Below, piece after piece: positions 6,220 to 15,183 of a stretch of DNA of 17,908 bases. The translations under genes and the position numbers were made by a program. The notes beneath the pieces are model-generated. The model searched no databases. It was given only the letters and a program-made list of their open reading frames with translations, and was not told the DNA's origin. Position 1 is the first letter of the stretch. The number at the start of each line of letters is the position of its first letter. The stretch is from assembly GCA_039794085.1 (NCBI GenBank), contig JBDIWC010000068.1, positions 1 through 17,908 of the forward strand. The letters are read 5' to 3'. The DNA comes from Gemmatimonadales bacterium (GTDB lineage: Bacteria; Gemmatimonadota; Gemmatimonadetes; Gemmatimonadales; GWC2-71-9).

Positions 6220-7265
6220 GAGCCGGTCTCCGCCTGATTCGGGCGCGACGCGAGTGCCCGGGTGACGACAGCGGTCAGGGCGGCATGTACGTTGGGATCG
6301 AGCACCGTTCCCACCAGATCGCCGAGCCGTTCGACCGCCACCGGCTCCGGCATCTGTTCCTGATAGGGCCGGGCGGTGGTCAAGGCGTCGAAAATCTCCA
6401 CGATGCCGATGATCCGGGCCCCGAGGGGAATGGCGTTGCCCGCCAGTCCATCCGGATACCCCCGGCCGTCCCACCGTTCGTGATGCCCTCGCACATAGCT
6501 GACGATGGGCCGCAAATGAGTCAACGGCGCCAAGATCTGGGCGCCGATGATGGCGTGCGCCTTGACGTGCGCAAACTCGTCGTCGGTCAGCGGGCCCTGC
6601 TTGTTCAGGACCTCCTCCCGAATGGCGATCTTGCCGATGTCGTGCAGACGCCCCGCGGTCCGGACCAGGGCCACCTCGTCGTCGGAGAGATTCAGCTCGA
6701 CGGCAATCTGCGCGGCGAGGTCGGACACCCGCATCGAGTGGCCCCGCAGATAGGGATCCTTGGCTTCGAGTGCGTTGACCAGGGCTTCGAGTGTGGCCAC
6801 CGAAATGTGCTCGAGATTGGCGCGCTCCCGGTGCAGTTCGGCCGTCCGGATCGCCACCTCCTCCTTGAGCCAGGATTGCATCTGCCGGCTGTCCATCAAC
6901 TGCTCCCGCTGCTGCAGAGCCCGCTGAATGGCGCGATGCAGGTCGCTCAGATCGACCGGCTTGGTCAGGTAGTCGATGGCTCCCCGCTGCATGCAGAGCG
7001 CCGCACTGGTCGCATCGTTGACGGCCGTGAGCATGAGAATGGCGGCGTTCGGCTCCAGGTCGAGAACCTGCGGGACCAGGTCGATGCCGCTCACACCCGG
7101 CAAACGGACGTCGAGCAGCACGCAGGCGATCTTGTGGAGGCGGAGAAGGTTGAGGGCCTCCTCCCCGTCGCCCGCCACATGCACGGTGTACCCCTGCTGG
7201 GTGAGGAAGCGACGCAGAGCGCTTCGGATCGGCGCCTCGTCATCCACCACCAGCAGGGAAAGCAT
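6216..7265 (-). CDS. response regulator with HD-GYP c-di-GMP phosphodiesterase domain (RpfG-like)
   Basis: Receiver LLVVDDE…LLDVRLP…YLTKP; GHSMRV, LHDIGKI, HHERWDGRGYP, DALTTARPY. GGAGGAG RBS before ATG 7265. Confidence 0.93.
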   Translation of the reverse strand: MLSLLVVDDEAPIRSALRRFLTQQGYTVHVAGDGEEALNLLRLHKIACVLLDVRLPGVSGIDLVPQVLDLEPNAAILMLTAVNDATSAALCMQRGAIDYLTKPVDLSDLHRAIQRALQQREQLMDSRQMQSWLKEEVAIRTAELHRERANLEHISVATLEALVNALEAKDPYLRGHSMRVSDLAAQIAVELNLSDDEVALVRTAGRLHDIGKIAIREEVLNKQGPLTDDEFAHVKAHAIIGAQILAPLTHLRPIVSYVRGHHERWDGRGYPDGLAGNAIPLGARIIGIVEIFDALTTARPYQEQMPEPVAVERLGDLVGTVLDPNVHAALTAVVTRALASRPNQAETGS

Positions 7266-7380
7266 CGCTGTCTCCTCCGGTGAGGAGCGGTCCTTCGAGG
7301 GCAGGGTCACGAACGGAAGTCCCCGGGAAGCGGGTTGCCCGGAAACTACCGGACTCACGGGACGCCCGTCAAGCAAGGGT

Positions 7381-8223
7381 TCATCCGACAAAGGTGACGT
7401 CGACCGCCTCCGGGAGGACCCCCTCGGCGTGTCCGCGCGCCAGCAGGCGCCGGACCGCCTCCCGACCCCGGGCGCCGTAATCGAGGGTCCAGTCGTTCAC
7501 ATACATGCTGACGAAGGTGTCGGTCCGCTCGTGTCCTATCCCACGGTTGTACTGCATGGCATGATCCAGGGCCTCCTGCCGGTGGTCCAGCGCCCAGGCG
7601 ATGCTGGCCTTGAGGTCCCGGGCGATCTGCTCCATCAACTCGGGCCCCAGATCCCTCCGCACCACGTTCCCGCCGAGGGGCAGGGGAAGGCCCGTCTCCT
7701 CCATCCACCACGCCCCCAGATCGGCGTGGAGATGGAGGCCCCGGTCGGCGTAGGTGAGCTGCCCCTCATGAATCAGCAACCCCACATCCACCGTCCCCTC
7801 CAGTACCGCGTCCTCGATCGCATCGAAGGGCATCACCACCGGGTCGCACCCCGGTTGATAGAGCCGCAGGGCGAGCCAGGCCGTGGTGAGCGTGCCGGGG
7901 ATCGCCACGCGGACTCCCCTGAGCGCGCGCCGCGGATCCTCCGGCGCCGGGGCCCGCGAGACCAGCCGCGGTCCGTACCCGTCTCCCATCGAAGACCCGC
8001 TGGCCAGGAGGGCATAGCGATCGGCCAGATAGGCATAGGCGTGGATGGACACCGCGGAGACTTCCAGCTCGCCGGCCCGGGCACGATGATTGAGGCTCTC
8101 GATGTCGCTCAGCTCGTGCTCGTAGACCAGGTCGTTGGTGTCCAGCTTGCCGGCGGTGAGCGCGTAGAACATGAACGCATCGTCGCTGTCGGGACTGTGG
8201 GTGACGCGGATGGTTCTGGGCAT
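7381..8223 (-). CDS. mqnD: 1,4-dihydroxy-6-naphthoate synthase (futalosine menaquinone pathway)
   Basis: HSPDSDDAFMFYAL, DIESLN, GDGYGP, LIHEGQLTY, LPLPLGG, MYVN motifs. Confidence 0.9.
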   Translation of the reverse strand: MPRTIRVTHSPDSDDAFMFYALTAGKLDTNDLVYEHELSDIESLNHRARAGELEVSAVSIHAYAYLADRYALLASGSSMGDGYGPRLVSRAPAPEDPRRALRGVRVAIPGTLTTAWLALRLYQPGCDPVVMPFDAIEDAVLEGTVDVGLLIHEGQLTYADRGLHLHADLGAWWMEETGLPLPLGGNVVRRDLGPELMEQIARDLKASIAWALDHRQEALDHAMQYNRGIGHERTDTFVSMYVNDWTLDYGARGREAVRRLLARGHAEGVLPEAVDVTFVG

Positions 8224-8259
8224 GGGCCTTGGGTGAGGGAGTGGAGGAGGGATCGCCGC

Positions 8260-9069
8260 TCAGGGGGAGACGGCGGCTGTGGCGGTGGACCGGAACTGGT
8301 CCAGGATATCGCGGTGATCAATGTATTCGGGCCGCTCCAGCGAGATCTGGGCGGGAAAGGCCTTCAGAAAGGCGCGGTATGCCTCCCGGCTGGCCGCGGT
8401 ATCTCCCCGCAGTTCGGCCACGGTTCCCCGCACGACGAAGCCGAACAGATTGTCGGGGGACACCCGATGGATGGTGTCGGCCAGGGCCAGGGAGCCGGCC
8501 CAGTCCCCGGCACTGGCCCGGAGGACGGCGCCATGGTAGCGGGCATCGACCGTGACGGTATCCAGCTGGGCGTAGGCTCCGAGGGCCATCGGAGTGAAGT
8601 TGTTCGCGGTGGCGGTGTCGCCCTGGGCGGCGGCCTCCATGATCCGGTCGTTCAACCGGATGAAGCGCTCCAGGGGGGACATCTGGCTGATGTCCGGCGC
8701 GGTGCCGGAGGCGGGGGCGCCGACAGCTCCCACATTGCCCGCATTGCCCATGTCGGGAACCACCCGGGTCCGGGTCCCCTGGACCAGCCACCAGGCCACG
8801 ATGAGCAGGGCCACCACTCCCACGCTCGCCGCGGCGATCCACCCGCGCCGGCTTCGACCAGGGACCGCCGGGCGGCCCCCCGACTCGTATCCGCAGCGAT
8901 GACAGTACCGTGCTCCCGGCGACAGGGGGGTCTGGCACGCGGCACAGGTGCCTGCCCGGGCAGGGGCTCCGCACTGCCCGCAGAACTGTCCGAGAACCGG
9001 TTCACCGCAGGAGGCGCAGAATGGCACCGGTGGGACGCTGGATCCGGACGGGGGAGGCGGAGGAGTCAT
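8260..9069 (-). CDS. double zinc-ribbon protein with one TM helix and a helical (TPR-like) C-terminal domain
   Basis: Four CxxC pairs (CASC, CGQC, CAAC, CHRC), hydrophobic WIAAASVGVVALLIVAWWLV, Ala-rich helical repeats. Confidence 0.75.
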   Translation of the reverse strand: MTPPPPPSGSSVPPVPFCASCGEPVLGQFCGQCGAPARAGTCAACQTPLSPGARYCHRCGYESGGRPAVPGRSRRGWIAAASVGVVALLIVAWWLVQGTRTRVVPDMGNAGNVGAVGAPASGTAPDISQMSPLERFIRLNDRIMEAAAQGDTATANNFTPMALGAYAQLDTVTVDARYHGAVLRASAGDWAGSLALADTIHRVSPDNLFGFVVRGTVAELRGDTAASREAYRAFLKAFPAQISLERPEYIDHRDILDQFRSTATAAVSP

Positions 9070-9167
9070 GGTGGGCGGCAAGATAGCCCCGGAGGGCCCC
9101 TCCCGGGAGGCAACGGGTGGCGCGAAACGAGGAGTTCGCTTAGCATGAAGGATTGGAGGATTCGCCT

Positions 9168-9434
9168 ATGGACGCACAACCGTCGGTGGTTCCCGATGCG
9201 CCCGTGGTCGGACGTCATCTGGGAGACTTGGCCCGGGGGGGGACAACGTGGCAGGTGCACCTCGAAACCCGGCGCGAGGGGGACCTCGTCACCGGCCGGG
9301 TTCACTTCGTGTCACCCCAGGCTTCCCGGCACACGGGATGGATCTTCGTGGAGTGGAGTGAACCGGAAACCATTCAGCGTTTCAACGAATTCAGCCCCGT
9401 CGAACTCTGGAAGATCCTGGAGAGTCTCGCCTGA
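9168..9434 (+). CDS. hypothetical 88-aa protein
   Basis: GGAGGA RBS 9155-9160, ATG 9168, globular composition (WQVHLETRREGDLVTGRVHF…GWIFVE…ELWKILESLA). Confidence 0.75.
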   Translation: MDAQPSVVPDAPVVGRHLGDLARGGTTWQVHLETRREGDLVTGRVHFVSPQASRHTGWIFVEWSEPETIQRFNEFSPVELWKILESLA

Positions 9435-9465
9435 GGGGCATGCCGGTCGTTTCCGCCGTCGTCGC

Positions 9466-11121
9466 TTGACCTCTTCCCCCGCTTCCCGCAGGTGGCGTCT
9501 CTGGATCGGGCTCCTCCCGGCGCTGGTGCTGGCACACACCGGAGCAGCCCAGGGCTCAGGGCCCTCCACGGCTCCGCCCCCGGCCGATCTGACCATTCGC
9601 GCCATCGAAATCGACCGGGAGAATGTCTTCCCCGGGGAGGACGCGACCAGCTTCTTCCCGCGCCTCACCAATGCGCTTCACCGGACCACGCGCGCCTGGG
9701 TGGTGCGCCGGGAACTCCTCTTCAGCGTCGGGGAGCAGTATGACTCCGCCCGTGTGGCGGAGACGGCGCGAAATCTCAGGAGCCGGGGGGTGTTTCGATT
9801 CGTGTCGATCGACACGGTCCGGTCTGACACCGGCCTCGTGGTGAAGGTGCGCACCGGGGATGGGTGGAGCACCAAGTTCTCGCCCACGATCGGGCGTAGC
9901 GCCGACCGGACGGTCCTCTCGGTCTCCCTGACCGAAGAGAATCTTCTCGGAACCGCGATCCTCACGTCGGTGGCGTTCCGGAAGGATGTGGACCGCAACA
10001 GCGTCATCTCGGCGGTCAACGCCCCCCGAATCATCCGCGGGCAGCTCGACGTGGCGGCGCAGGTCGTGGCGTTCACGGATGCCGGGGACGGGCGGATCTT
10101 TGCCGGGCAGGTGGCCTCCCCCTGGCGTACTCTGTCCACCCGGTCTGCTTGGTCCCTCAACGCCCGGGACGAACGACGGCGCATCCTCCGGTTCTTCGAC
10201 GGGGAACGGATCGCCTCCGACACCAACCAGCGGAGGTTCACCTCCGTGATCGGGGCCTGGGGGTTCGCTCCCCGTGCCAGCGCCACGGGATACACCCGGG
10301 TCGGGTTCTGGGGAGAGTTCCGCCGGGAGAACTTCACGACGGAGCTGGGGGCCGACACGGCGGGTTTCGCTCGCTCGGAATTCGGGACCTTCGGGACCAC
10401 GGTGGAGTGGAGGAGGGCGCGGTTCGTTGTCACCCGGAGCTTCCAGGGGGTGGACCGGGAGGAGGACGTGGATGTCAGCACGACCATCCGGTTCGGCCTG
10501 GCAGTCACGGCCGAGGCCCTGGGGTACGAGGAGGACGGGGTGGTCCCCAGCATTGGATTCCGCACCGGCTTTGCCGTGCCGGGCGGTTTCGGTTACATCG
10601 ACGGCCTGGCCTACCGGCGCCTCAGCTCCGCGCCCGACTCAGGGGCGGTTCACATCGGGGGGACGGTGGTGCTGCAGCCCCGGCCGCGTCATGCGGCGGT
10701 GTTCTTCGCCGGTGCCGGGTGGCAGGAGGGATCCCGACCCGGGGGAGAGTTTGACCTGGGGGCGGACATCGGACCTCGCGGGTTCCGGCCCCACGCCTTC
10801 ACCGGGGAACGCGCCTTTTTCACCTCGGCGGAGTACCGGATTCTGGTGGCGGAGAACCTCCTGAACGTGGTCGGGGTCGGCATCGCGGCCTTCGTGGACT
10901 ACGGGGGGGCCTGGTACCCCGGCGAGGAGCGGCGGACCGGCTGGGACGCCGGGATAGGTCTGCGGACGGGCACCAGCCGCTCCATCGACCTGCAGGCCAA
11001 CCGGTTCGATCTGGTTCGCTGCTTCGGGGCCAACCGTTCCTTCTGCGGGTCGGAGGGAGGCTTTGCCCTGGTGGTGGCCAAGGGGTTTCCCTTCTCCACG
11101 AGCGGTCGGCTCTTCCGATAG
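9466..11121 (+). CDS. Omp85/BamA-TamA-family outer-membrane protein with N-terminal POTRA-like domain
   Basis: Signal-like RRWRLWIGLLPALVLAHTGAAQ; POTRA-like IRAIEIDRENVF…VVRRELLF…AETARNLRSRGVF; barrel motifs GPRGF, SAEYR, AAFVDYGGAW, DAGIGLR. Start uncertain (TTG 9466). Confidence 0.8.
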   Translation: MTSSPASRRWRLWIGLLPALVLAHTGAAQGSGPSTAPPPADLTIRAIEIDRENVFPGEDATSFFPRLTNALHRTTRAWVVRRELLFSVGEQYDSARVAETARNLRSRGVFRFVSIDTVRSDTGLVVKVRTGDGWSTKFSPTIGRSADRTVLSVSLTEENLLGTAILTSVAFRKDVDRNSVISAVNAPRIIRGQLDVAAQVVAFTDAGDGRIFAGQVASPWRTLSTRSAWSLNARDERRRILRFFDGERIASDTNQRRFTSVIGAWGFAPRASATGYTRVGFWGEFRRENFTTELGADTAGFARSEFGTFGTTVEWRRARFVVTRSFQGVDREEDVDVSTTIRFGLAVTAEALGYEEDGVVPSIGFRTGFAVPGGFGYIDGLAYRRLSSAPDSGAVHIGGTVVLQPRPRHAAVFFAGAGWQEGSRPGGEFDLGADIGPRGFRPHAFTGERAFFTSAEYRILVAENLLNVVGVGIAAFVDYGGAWYPGEERRTGWDAGIGLRTGTSRSIDLQANRFDLVRCFGANRSFCGSEGGFALVVAKGFPFSTSGRLFR

Positions 11122-11178
11122 GGATGCCTCACCCCCGGCCCCCTTGTCGGGAGGCGGCGCCAGCCGCCGTGGCGGTCT

Positions 11179-11205
11179 ATGGACCCCGGCGTTCGCCGGG
11201 GTGAC
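11179..11205. repeat. REP-like palindrome ATGGACCCCGGC-GTTC-GCCGGGGTGAC
   Basis: Stem ACCCCGGC/GCCGGGGT between convergent genes; near copy at 15078-15102. Confidence 0.7.
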
Positions 11206-11224
11206 GTCCTAATGTACGCTCGTT

Positions 11225-11268
11225 CCTCCGTGTCCTTCGCGTCTCCGTGCCCTTCGCGCCTCCGCGTG
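11225..11268. repeat. degenerate ~9-nt tandem repeat (CTCCGTGTC/CTTCGCGTC-like)
   Basis: CCTCCGTGTCCTTCGCGTCTCCGTGCCCTTCGCGCCTCCGCGTG read directly. Confidence 0.6.
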
Positions 11269-11288
11269 ACGGGTGATCAGAGATTCCT

Positions 11289-14135
11289 TCAGGGTGTCAG
11301 GGGATCGGGCTCCCTCACCTGATCCCGTCCCTTCTCCAGATACGGGATTCCGTCAGTCATCCACGCCGGGGCCGGCATCCCGCGCAGATGGTGATCGAAG
11401 AACTCCATCGTCCGCCGTGCGATGTCGGCCTGGTTGGCCCGCTTGGTGGGGTTGTGGGCGTCTCCATTGTAATTGAGGAGATAGACCTCGCGCTGCAGGC
11501 GGCGGAGGGCCACGAACATCTCGATGCCCTGATACCAGGGCACCGCTCCATCGGCGTCGTTGTGCATCATGAGGAGCGGAGTCCGGACCCGGTCCGCGGC
11601 AAAGAGAGGTGAGTTCTCCAGGTACCGGAGCGGGTACTCCCAGAGTGACCCCCCGATGCGACTCTGGGTCTTCTCGTACTGGAACGAGCGCGCGAGCCCC
11701 GACTGCCACCGGATCCCGCCGTAGGCGCTGGTCATGTTGGCCACCGGAGCGCCCGCCATGGCAGCCGAGAAGAGAGTGGACCGCGTGATGAGGAAGGCGG
11801 TCTGGTATCCCCCCCACGACTGCCCCGCGATCCCGATCCCATCGGGCTTGACGAAACCGCGCGCCAGGAGCGACTGGACCCCGGGGACGATCGCCTTCTC
11901 GGCATCGGGACCGGGGTATCCGGTGGTATAGGCGATGTCGGGCATGAACACCAGATACCCGTTGGACACGTACCAGGTCGGCTGGATGGTGTTCCGCGGG
12001 TGGGTCATGACGTAGTTGTGGAGATTGTTGCTCAGTTTTTCGTAGAAGTACACCACCATCGGGTACTGCTTCGAGGGATCGAAGTCGTCGGGCTTGAAGA
12101 GCATCCCCTGTAGCGGGACCCCATCGTCGCTGTTCCAGGACACGAGTTCCACGTCGCCCCAGCGAATCCCCGCCTGCTGGGGATTCGCGTCGCTGATCCG
12201 GGTGAGGCGGTCCAGGCGCTCGCCAGCCCAGAGATCGGGGAACTCGCGGAAGGTGGAACGGGTGACGGTCATCATCGTGCCCTTCCGCGCGCGGGACGGC
12301 GCGCCCCAGGCATGGTCGGACATGACGATCGGGGAGGGAGGGGACGCGCGCCGGTCGATCCGGTCGGTCCAGAAGCCGCTCTGCTTCGAGATCTCCTGGA
12401 AGGCACTCAGGAGCAGGTCCTCGTCCTCGGCGATCCACGGGTCGTCGCGGTCGAGGTCGACGAGTCGGAAGGTGATCTGTCCCGTGCGGCCCGCCGAGTC
12501 GGTGACCACCCGAGGGGGCCGGGACCCCGAGGGATCGAACTCCCAGATGTCGTACCGGTCGTAGAGCAGGACGCTCCCGTCGTTCCGGGTCCACCCGGCC
12601 ACACCCCAGGGAGCCGGCTCGCTCGGCGTGTCCCAGGTTTCCCGGTCAAATCGGACGTCGGGGACTGCTGCGTTGAGCGGCGCGGTGGTGCCCCGGCGCA
12701 CATCGTGGCTGAACCAGGTTCCCTTGTCGAACCAGAGGGCGTAGCGGCCCCCCGGGCTCAGGGTACCACCGAACCGGGAGCGTGTGGCGATCTGGCGCTG
12801 TTCGCCGGTTTCGGCATTGATCAGATGGATGTCGTTCCCCCCCTCGCCCCACATCGCCTCGATCCGGTAGGGCTCGCCCGTGACGCCAAGAGCGGTCCGG
12901 CCGTCGTTCGCCACCGTCACCTGCGGAAGATCGGGGCTTCCGAGCGGGATCACTCTCCGAAGCCGGGGCTGCCACACGGCGGCGTATGTGGCGTTCCGGT
13001 CGCGCCGGGCTTCCACCTGCTGCTGCGGTTGAAGCCGGGCGTCGCGATAGTGCCAGAGGTCCACCACGGCCTTGCCCCGCAGGCTGTCGAGCGGGACCGA
13101 ATCGGGCAGGATCGGAGCGAGGGAAAACACCAGGGCCGAGCCATCGCGCACGAACTCGAGCCGCCCTCGCTCCGCGACCGTCATCCCCCTCCCCGCACTG
13201 TCCGGGGTGGCCACCACCTGGGTGGTGGCTCCCCGCGGGGTGAGGGAGGTGACGTAGAGACTCATGCGGGGAGACGCTGTGGTATCCCCTCGGTCGGACA
13301 CGAAAGCAACCTGGGTCCCGGAACGGGCAAACACCGCCTGGCCATAGGTTCCCGGCCCCGCGAGGAGCGGGCTGACGGTTCCGGAGGGGAGGGCGCGAAG
13401 GTACACCCCGTTGCTGTCGGCGCTGCGACTGCTGACGCTGTATGCCAGGTAACGGGCGCTGTCCTCCAGCGCAAAGCTGCGGACATCGGGAATGCGGATC
13501 TCCGCGCCGGTGTCGAGGTCCCGCAGCACCAGCGTGGTGCCGGGCTCGGGTCCCCGCCGCCGCGCGGGGGCCGCGCCATTGCTGTCTGCGGGGGCTCGCG
13601 AGGCGCTGTCGGCCTCCAGCAGCCAGGCGAGGTAGCGTCCCGATTCCCGGGCCATGCGGAAGGACCGGACCCGGTCCACCGTCTCCAGTTCCCCGGTCCG
13701 GGCCTGCCAGATGCCGAGCCGGTTCCGCGGGGCATTGGCTCGTCCGCGCCCCCGGGCGGGGAGACCCTCGACCGAGTCCCGCGGGGGAAAAATGGTGAAG
13801 GCGAGGGTGCGGCTGTCGGCGCTCCAGACGGCGGGCGGAACCCGGAAGCCCGAGTCGGCGGAGGGACGGAGCTCCGGACGGCCCACGTATCCTCGTGGGA
13901 ATCGATGCTCGGTGGTGCCGGTGGTGGCCCGGATGACCAGGTCCCCATTGCCCACCTGCGGCGCCAGGGTCCAGGCGGTCCACTGCCCGTCCGGCGAAAG
14001 GGCCGGGGCGGCGATCGACTTCCAGTGATCGAAGTCGCTCTGGGTCAGGGGACGGCGGGTTCCCGGTTGGGCGGCGAGGGACGGCGCCAGGATCAGGGCC
14101 AGAAGGAGCGGCAGCAGGGCGGGATGCGATCTCAT
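11289..14135 (-). CDS. secreted S9-family (prolyl oligopeptidase/acylaminoacyl) peptidase
   Basis: Signal peptide; propeller-type repeats (LSPDGQW, LSPGGRY); nucleophile GQSWGG; triad Asp in HNDADGAVP and His in NGDAHN. Confidence 0.93.
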   Translation of the reverse strand: MRSHPALLPLLLALILAPSLAAQPGTRRPLTQSDFDHWKSIAAPALSPDGQWTAWTLAPQVGNGDLVIRATTGTTEHRFPRGYVGRPELRPSADSGFRVPPAVWSADSRTLAFTIFPPRDSVEGLPARGRGRANAPRNRLGIWQARTGELETVDRVRSFRMARESGRYLAWLLEADSASRAPADSNGAAPARRRGPEPGTTLVLRDLDTGAEIRIPDVRSFALEDSARYLAYSVSSRSADSNGVYLRALPSGTVSPLLAGPGTYGQAVFARSGTQVAFVSDRGDTTASPRMSLYVTSLTPRGATTQVVATPDSAGRGMTVAERGRLEFVRDGSALVFSLAPILPDSVPLDSLRGKAVVDLWHYRDARLQPQQQVEARRDRNATYAAVWQPRLRRVIPLGSPDLPQVTVANDGRTALGVTGEPYRIEAMWGEGGNDIHLINAETGEQRQIATRSRFGGTLSPGGRYALWFDKGTWFSHDVRRGTTAPLNAAVPDVRFDRETWDTPSEPAPWGVAGWTRNDGSVLLYDRYDIWEFDPSGSRPPRVVTDSAGRTGQITFRLVDLDRDDPWIAEDEDLLLSAFQEISKQSGFWTDRIDRRASPPSPIVMSDHAWGAPSRARKGTMMTVTRSTFREFPDLWAGERLDRLTRISDANPQQAGIRWGDVELVSWNSDDGVPLQGMLFKPDDFDPSKQYPMVVYFYEKLSNNLHNYVMTHPRNTIQPTWYVSNGYLVFMPDIAYTTGYPGPDAEKAIVPGVQSLLARGFVKPDGIGIAGQSWGGYQTAFLITRSTLFSAAMAGAPVANMTSAYGGIRWQSGLARSFQYEKTQSRIGGSLWEYPLRYLENSPLFAADRVRTPLLMMHNDADGAVPWYQGIEMFVALRRLQREVYLLNYNGDAHNPTKRANQADIARRTMEFFDHHLRGMPAPAWMTDGIPYLEKGRDQVREPDPLTP

Positions 14136-14247
14136 GGGGTCACCAGGTGGCGGACAAGGTTGCCGGAAGTCGGCGTGTTGTCATAGCTTGGATGGCCCCC
14201 GCAACGATCCGGGGGGGCACGGCCACCCTGGGAGCGGGAGTTATCAC

Positions 14248-14937
14248 ATGACGGATATCGCACAATTTGTTGACGCGGTCAAGCGGGGTGACCTCGGAAA
14301 GGTGGAGCTGCTTCTGGCCCGGGAGCGTGATCTGGGTCGCGCCACGGATGACCATGGTGTCTCCGTCATTCTCCTCGCCCTCTATCATCGGCATCCCGCC
14401 GTGGCGGAGGCGCTGGTGTCCCGGCGCACCCGGCTCTCGATGCCCGAAGCGTGCGCCCTCGGCCGGCTCGATGAGGCCCGGTCCATCATGGCCGCGAACA
14501 AGGAGCACGCCCGGATGCCCGCGCCGGACGGGCACACGCCCCTCGGCCTCGCCTCCTTCTTCGGACATGTCGAGATGGTGGCCCTCCTGCTGGACAACGG
14601 AGCGGACCCGACGATTCCGTCGGCGAATTCGATGCATGTGACTCCGCTGCACAGTGCGGTGGCGGTGGCCGAGCCCGACCACGCGCTCGCGAATGTGCGC
14701 CAGCTGCTGGCGCACGGGGCGGACCCCGATGCGAAACAGCAGGGAGGGTGGACGGCGCTGCACGCGGCGGCGCAACGCGGGCTGCGGGACGTGGTGGCCG
14801 TGCTGCTGGAGGCCGGAGCGAGCCCCGCGCCGGTTTCGGATGACGGGATCACGCCCGCCATGCTGGCCCGGAAGGGGGGACTGGAGAGCCTGGCCGCCTC
14901 CCTGGAGAGCCGGAAGACAGTGAACAGTGAACAGTGA
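14248..14937 (+). CDS. ankyrin repeat protein
   Basis: GHTPLGLASFFGH, VTPLHSAV, GWTALHAAAQRG, GITPAMLA; GGGAG RBS before ATG 14248. Confidence 0.92.
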   Translation: MTDIAQFVDAVKRGDLGKVELLLARERDLGRATDDHGVSVILLALYHRHPAVAEALVSRRTRLSMPEACALGRLDEARSIMAANKEHARMPAPDGHTPLGLASFFGHVEMVALLLDNGADPTIPSANSMHVTPLHSAVAVAEPDHALANVRQLLAHGADPDAKQQGGWTALHAAAQRGLRDVVAVLLEAGASPAPVSDDGITPAMLARKGGLESLAASLESRKTVNSEQ

Positions 14938-15015
14938 CCCGCTCTCAACACCCGACAACCAGGGCATAGGACATAGGACATAGGACATAGGACGTAGGAC
15001 GTAGGACATTGGACA
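14917..15015. repeat. heptamer arrays ACAGTGA x3 (14917-14937) and TAGGACR-like x7 (14967-15015)
   Basis: Direct reading; the last ACAGTGA supplies the ankyrin stop codon. Confidence 0.9.
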
Positions 15016-15077
15016 TCAGTCGGGCCCGAATCAATTGGCTGGGTAGCATCGGCCTGCCAATTCGACATCCAGGCAGG

Positions 15078-15102
15078 ATGGACCCCGGCCTTCGCCGGGT
15101 GA
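15078..15102. repeat. REP-like palindrome ATGGACCCCGGC-CTTC-GCCGGGTGA
   Basis: Near-identical to 11179-11205. Confidence 0.65.
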
Positions 15103-15123
15103 GAAGCTCGGGTTCCTGGGGCT

Positions 15124-15146
15124 GGGCGAACGCCGTTCGCCCCTAC
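15124..15146 (-). repeat. GTAG-family REP element (GTAG-GGGCGAAC-GGC-GTTCGCCC)
   Basis: 8-bp palindrome with a 5' GTAG foot on the minus strand, followed on + by CYAYTCC heptamers 15150-15177. Confidence 0.65.
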
Positions 15147-15183
15147 ACCCTATTCCCTACTCCCCACTCCCCACTCCCTGCCT

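Noticed and set aside
6976..9465. N-terminal 830 aa of the 1381-aa ORF
   Set aside because: Mostly antisense shadow of the HD-GYP, mqnD and zinc-ribbon genes; the credible protein begins at the signal peptide near 9466.
12312..14186. 624-aa plus-strand ORF and similar long alternative-frame ORFs
   Set aside because: Shadow ORFs of well-supported genes, expected in GC-rich DNA.
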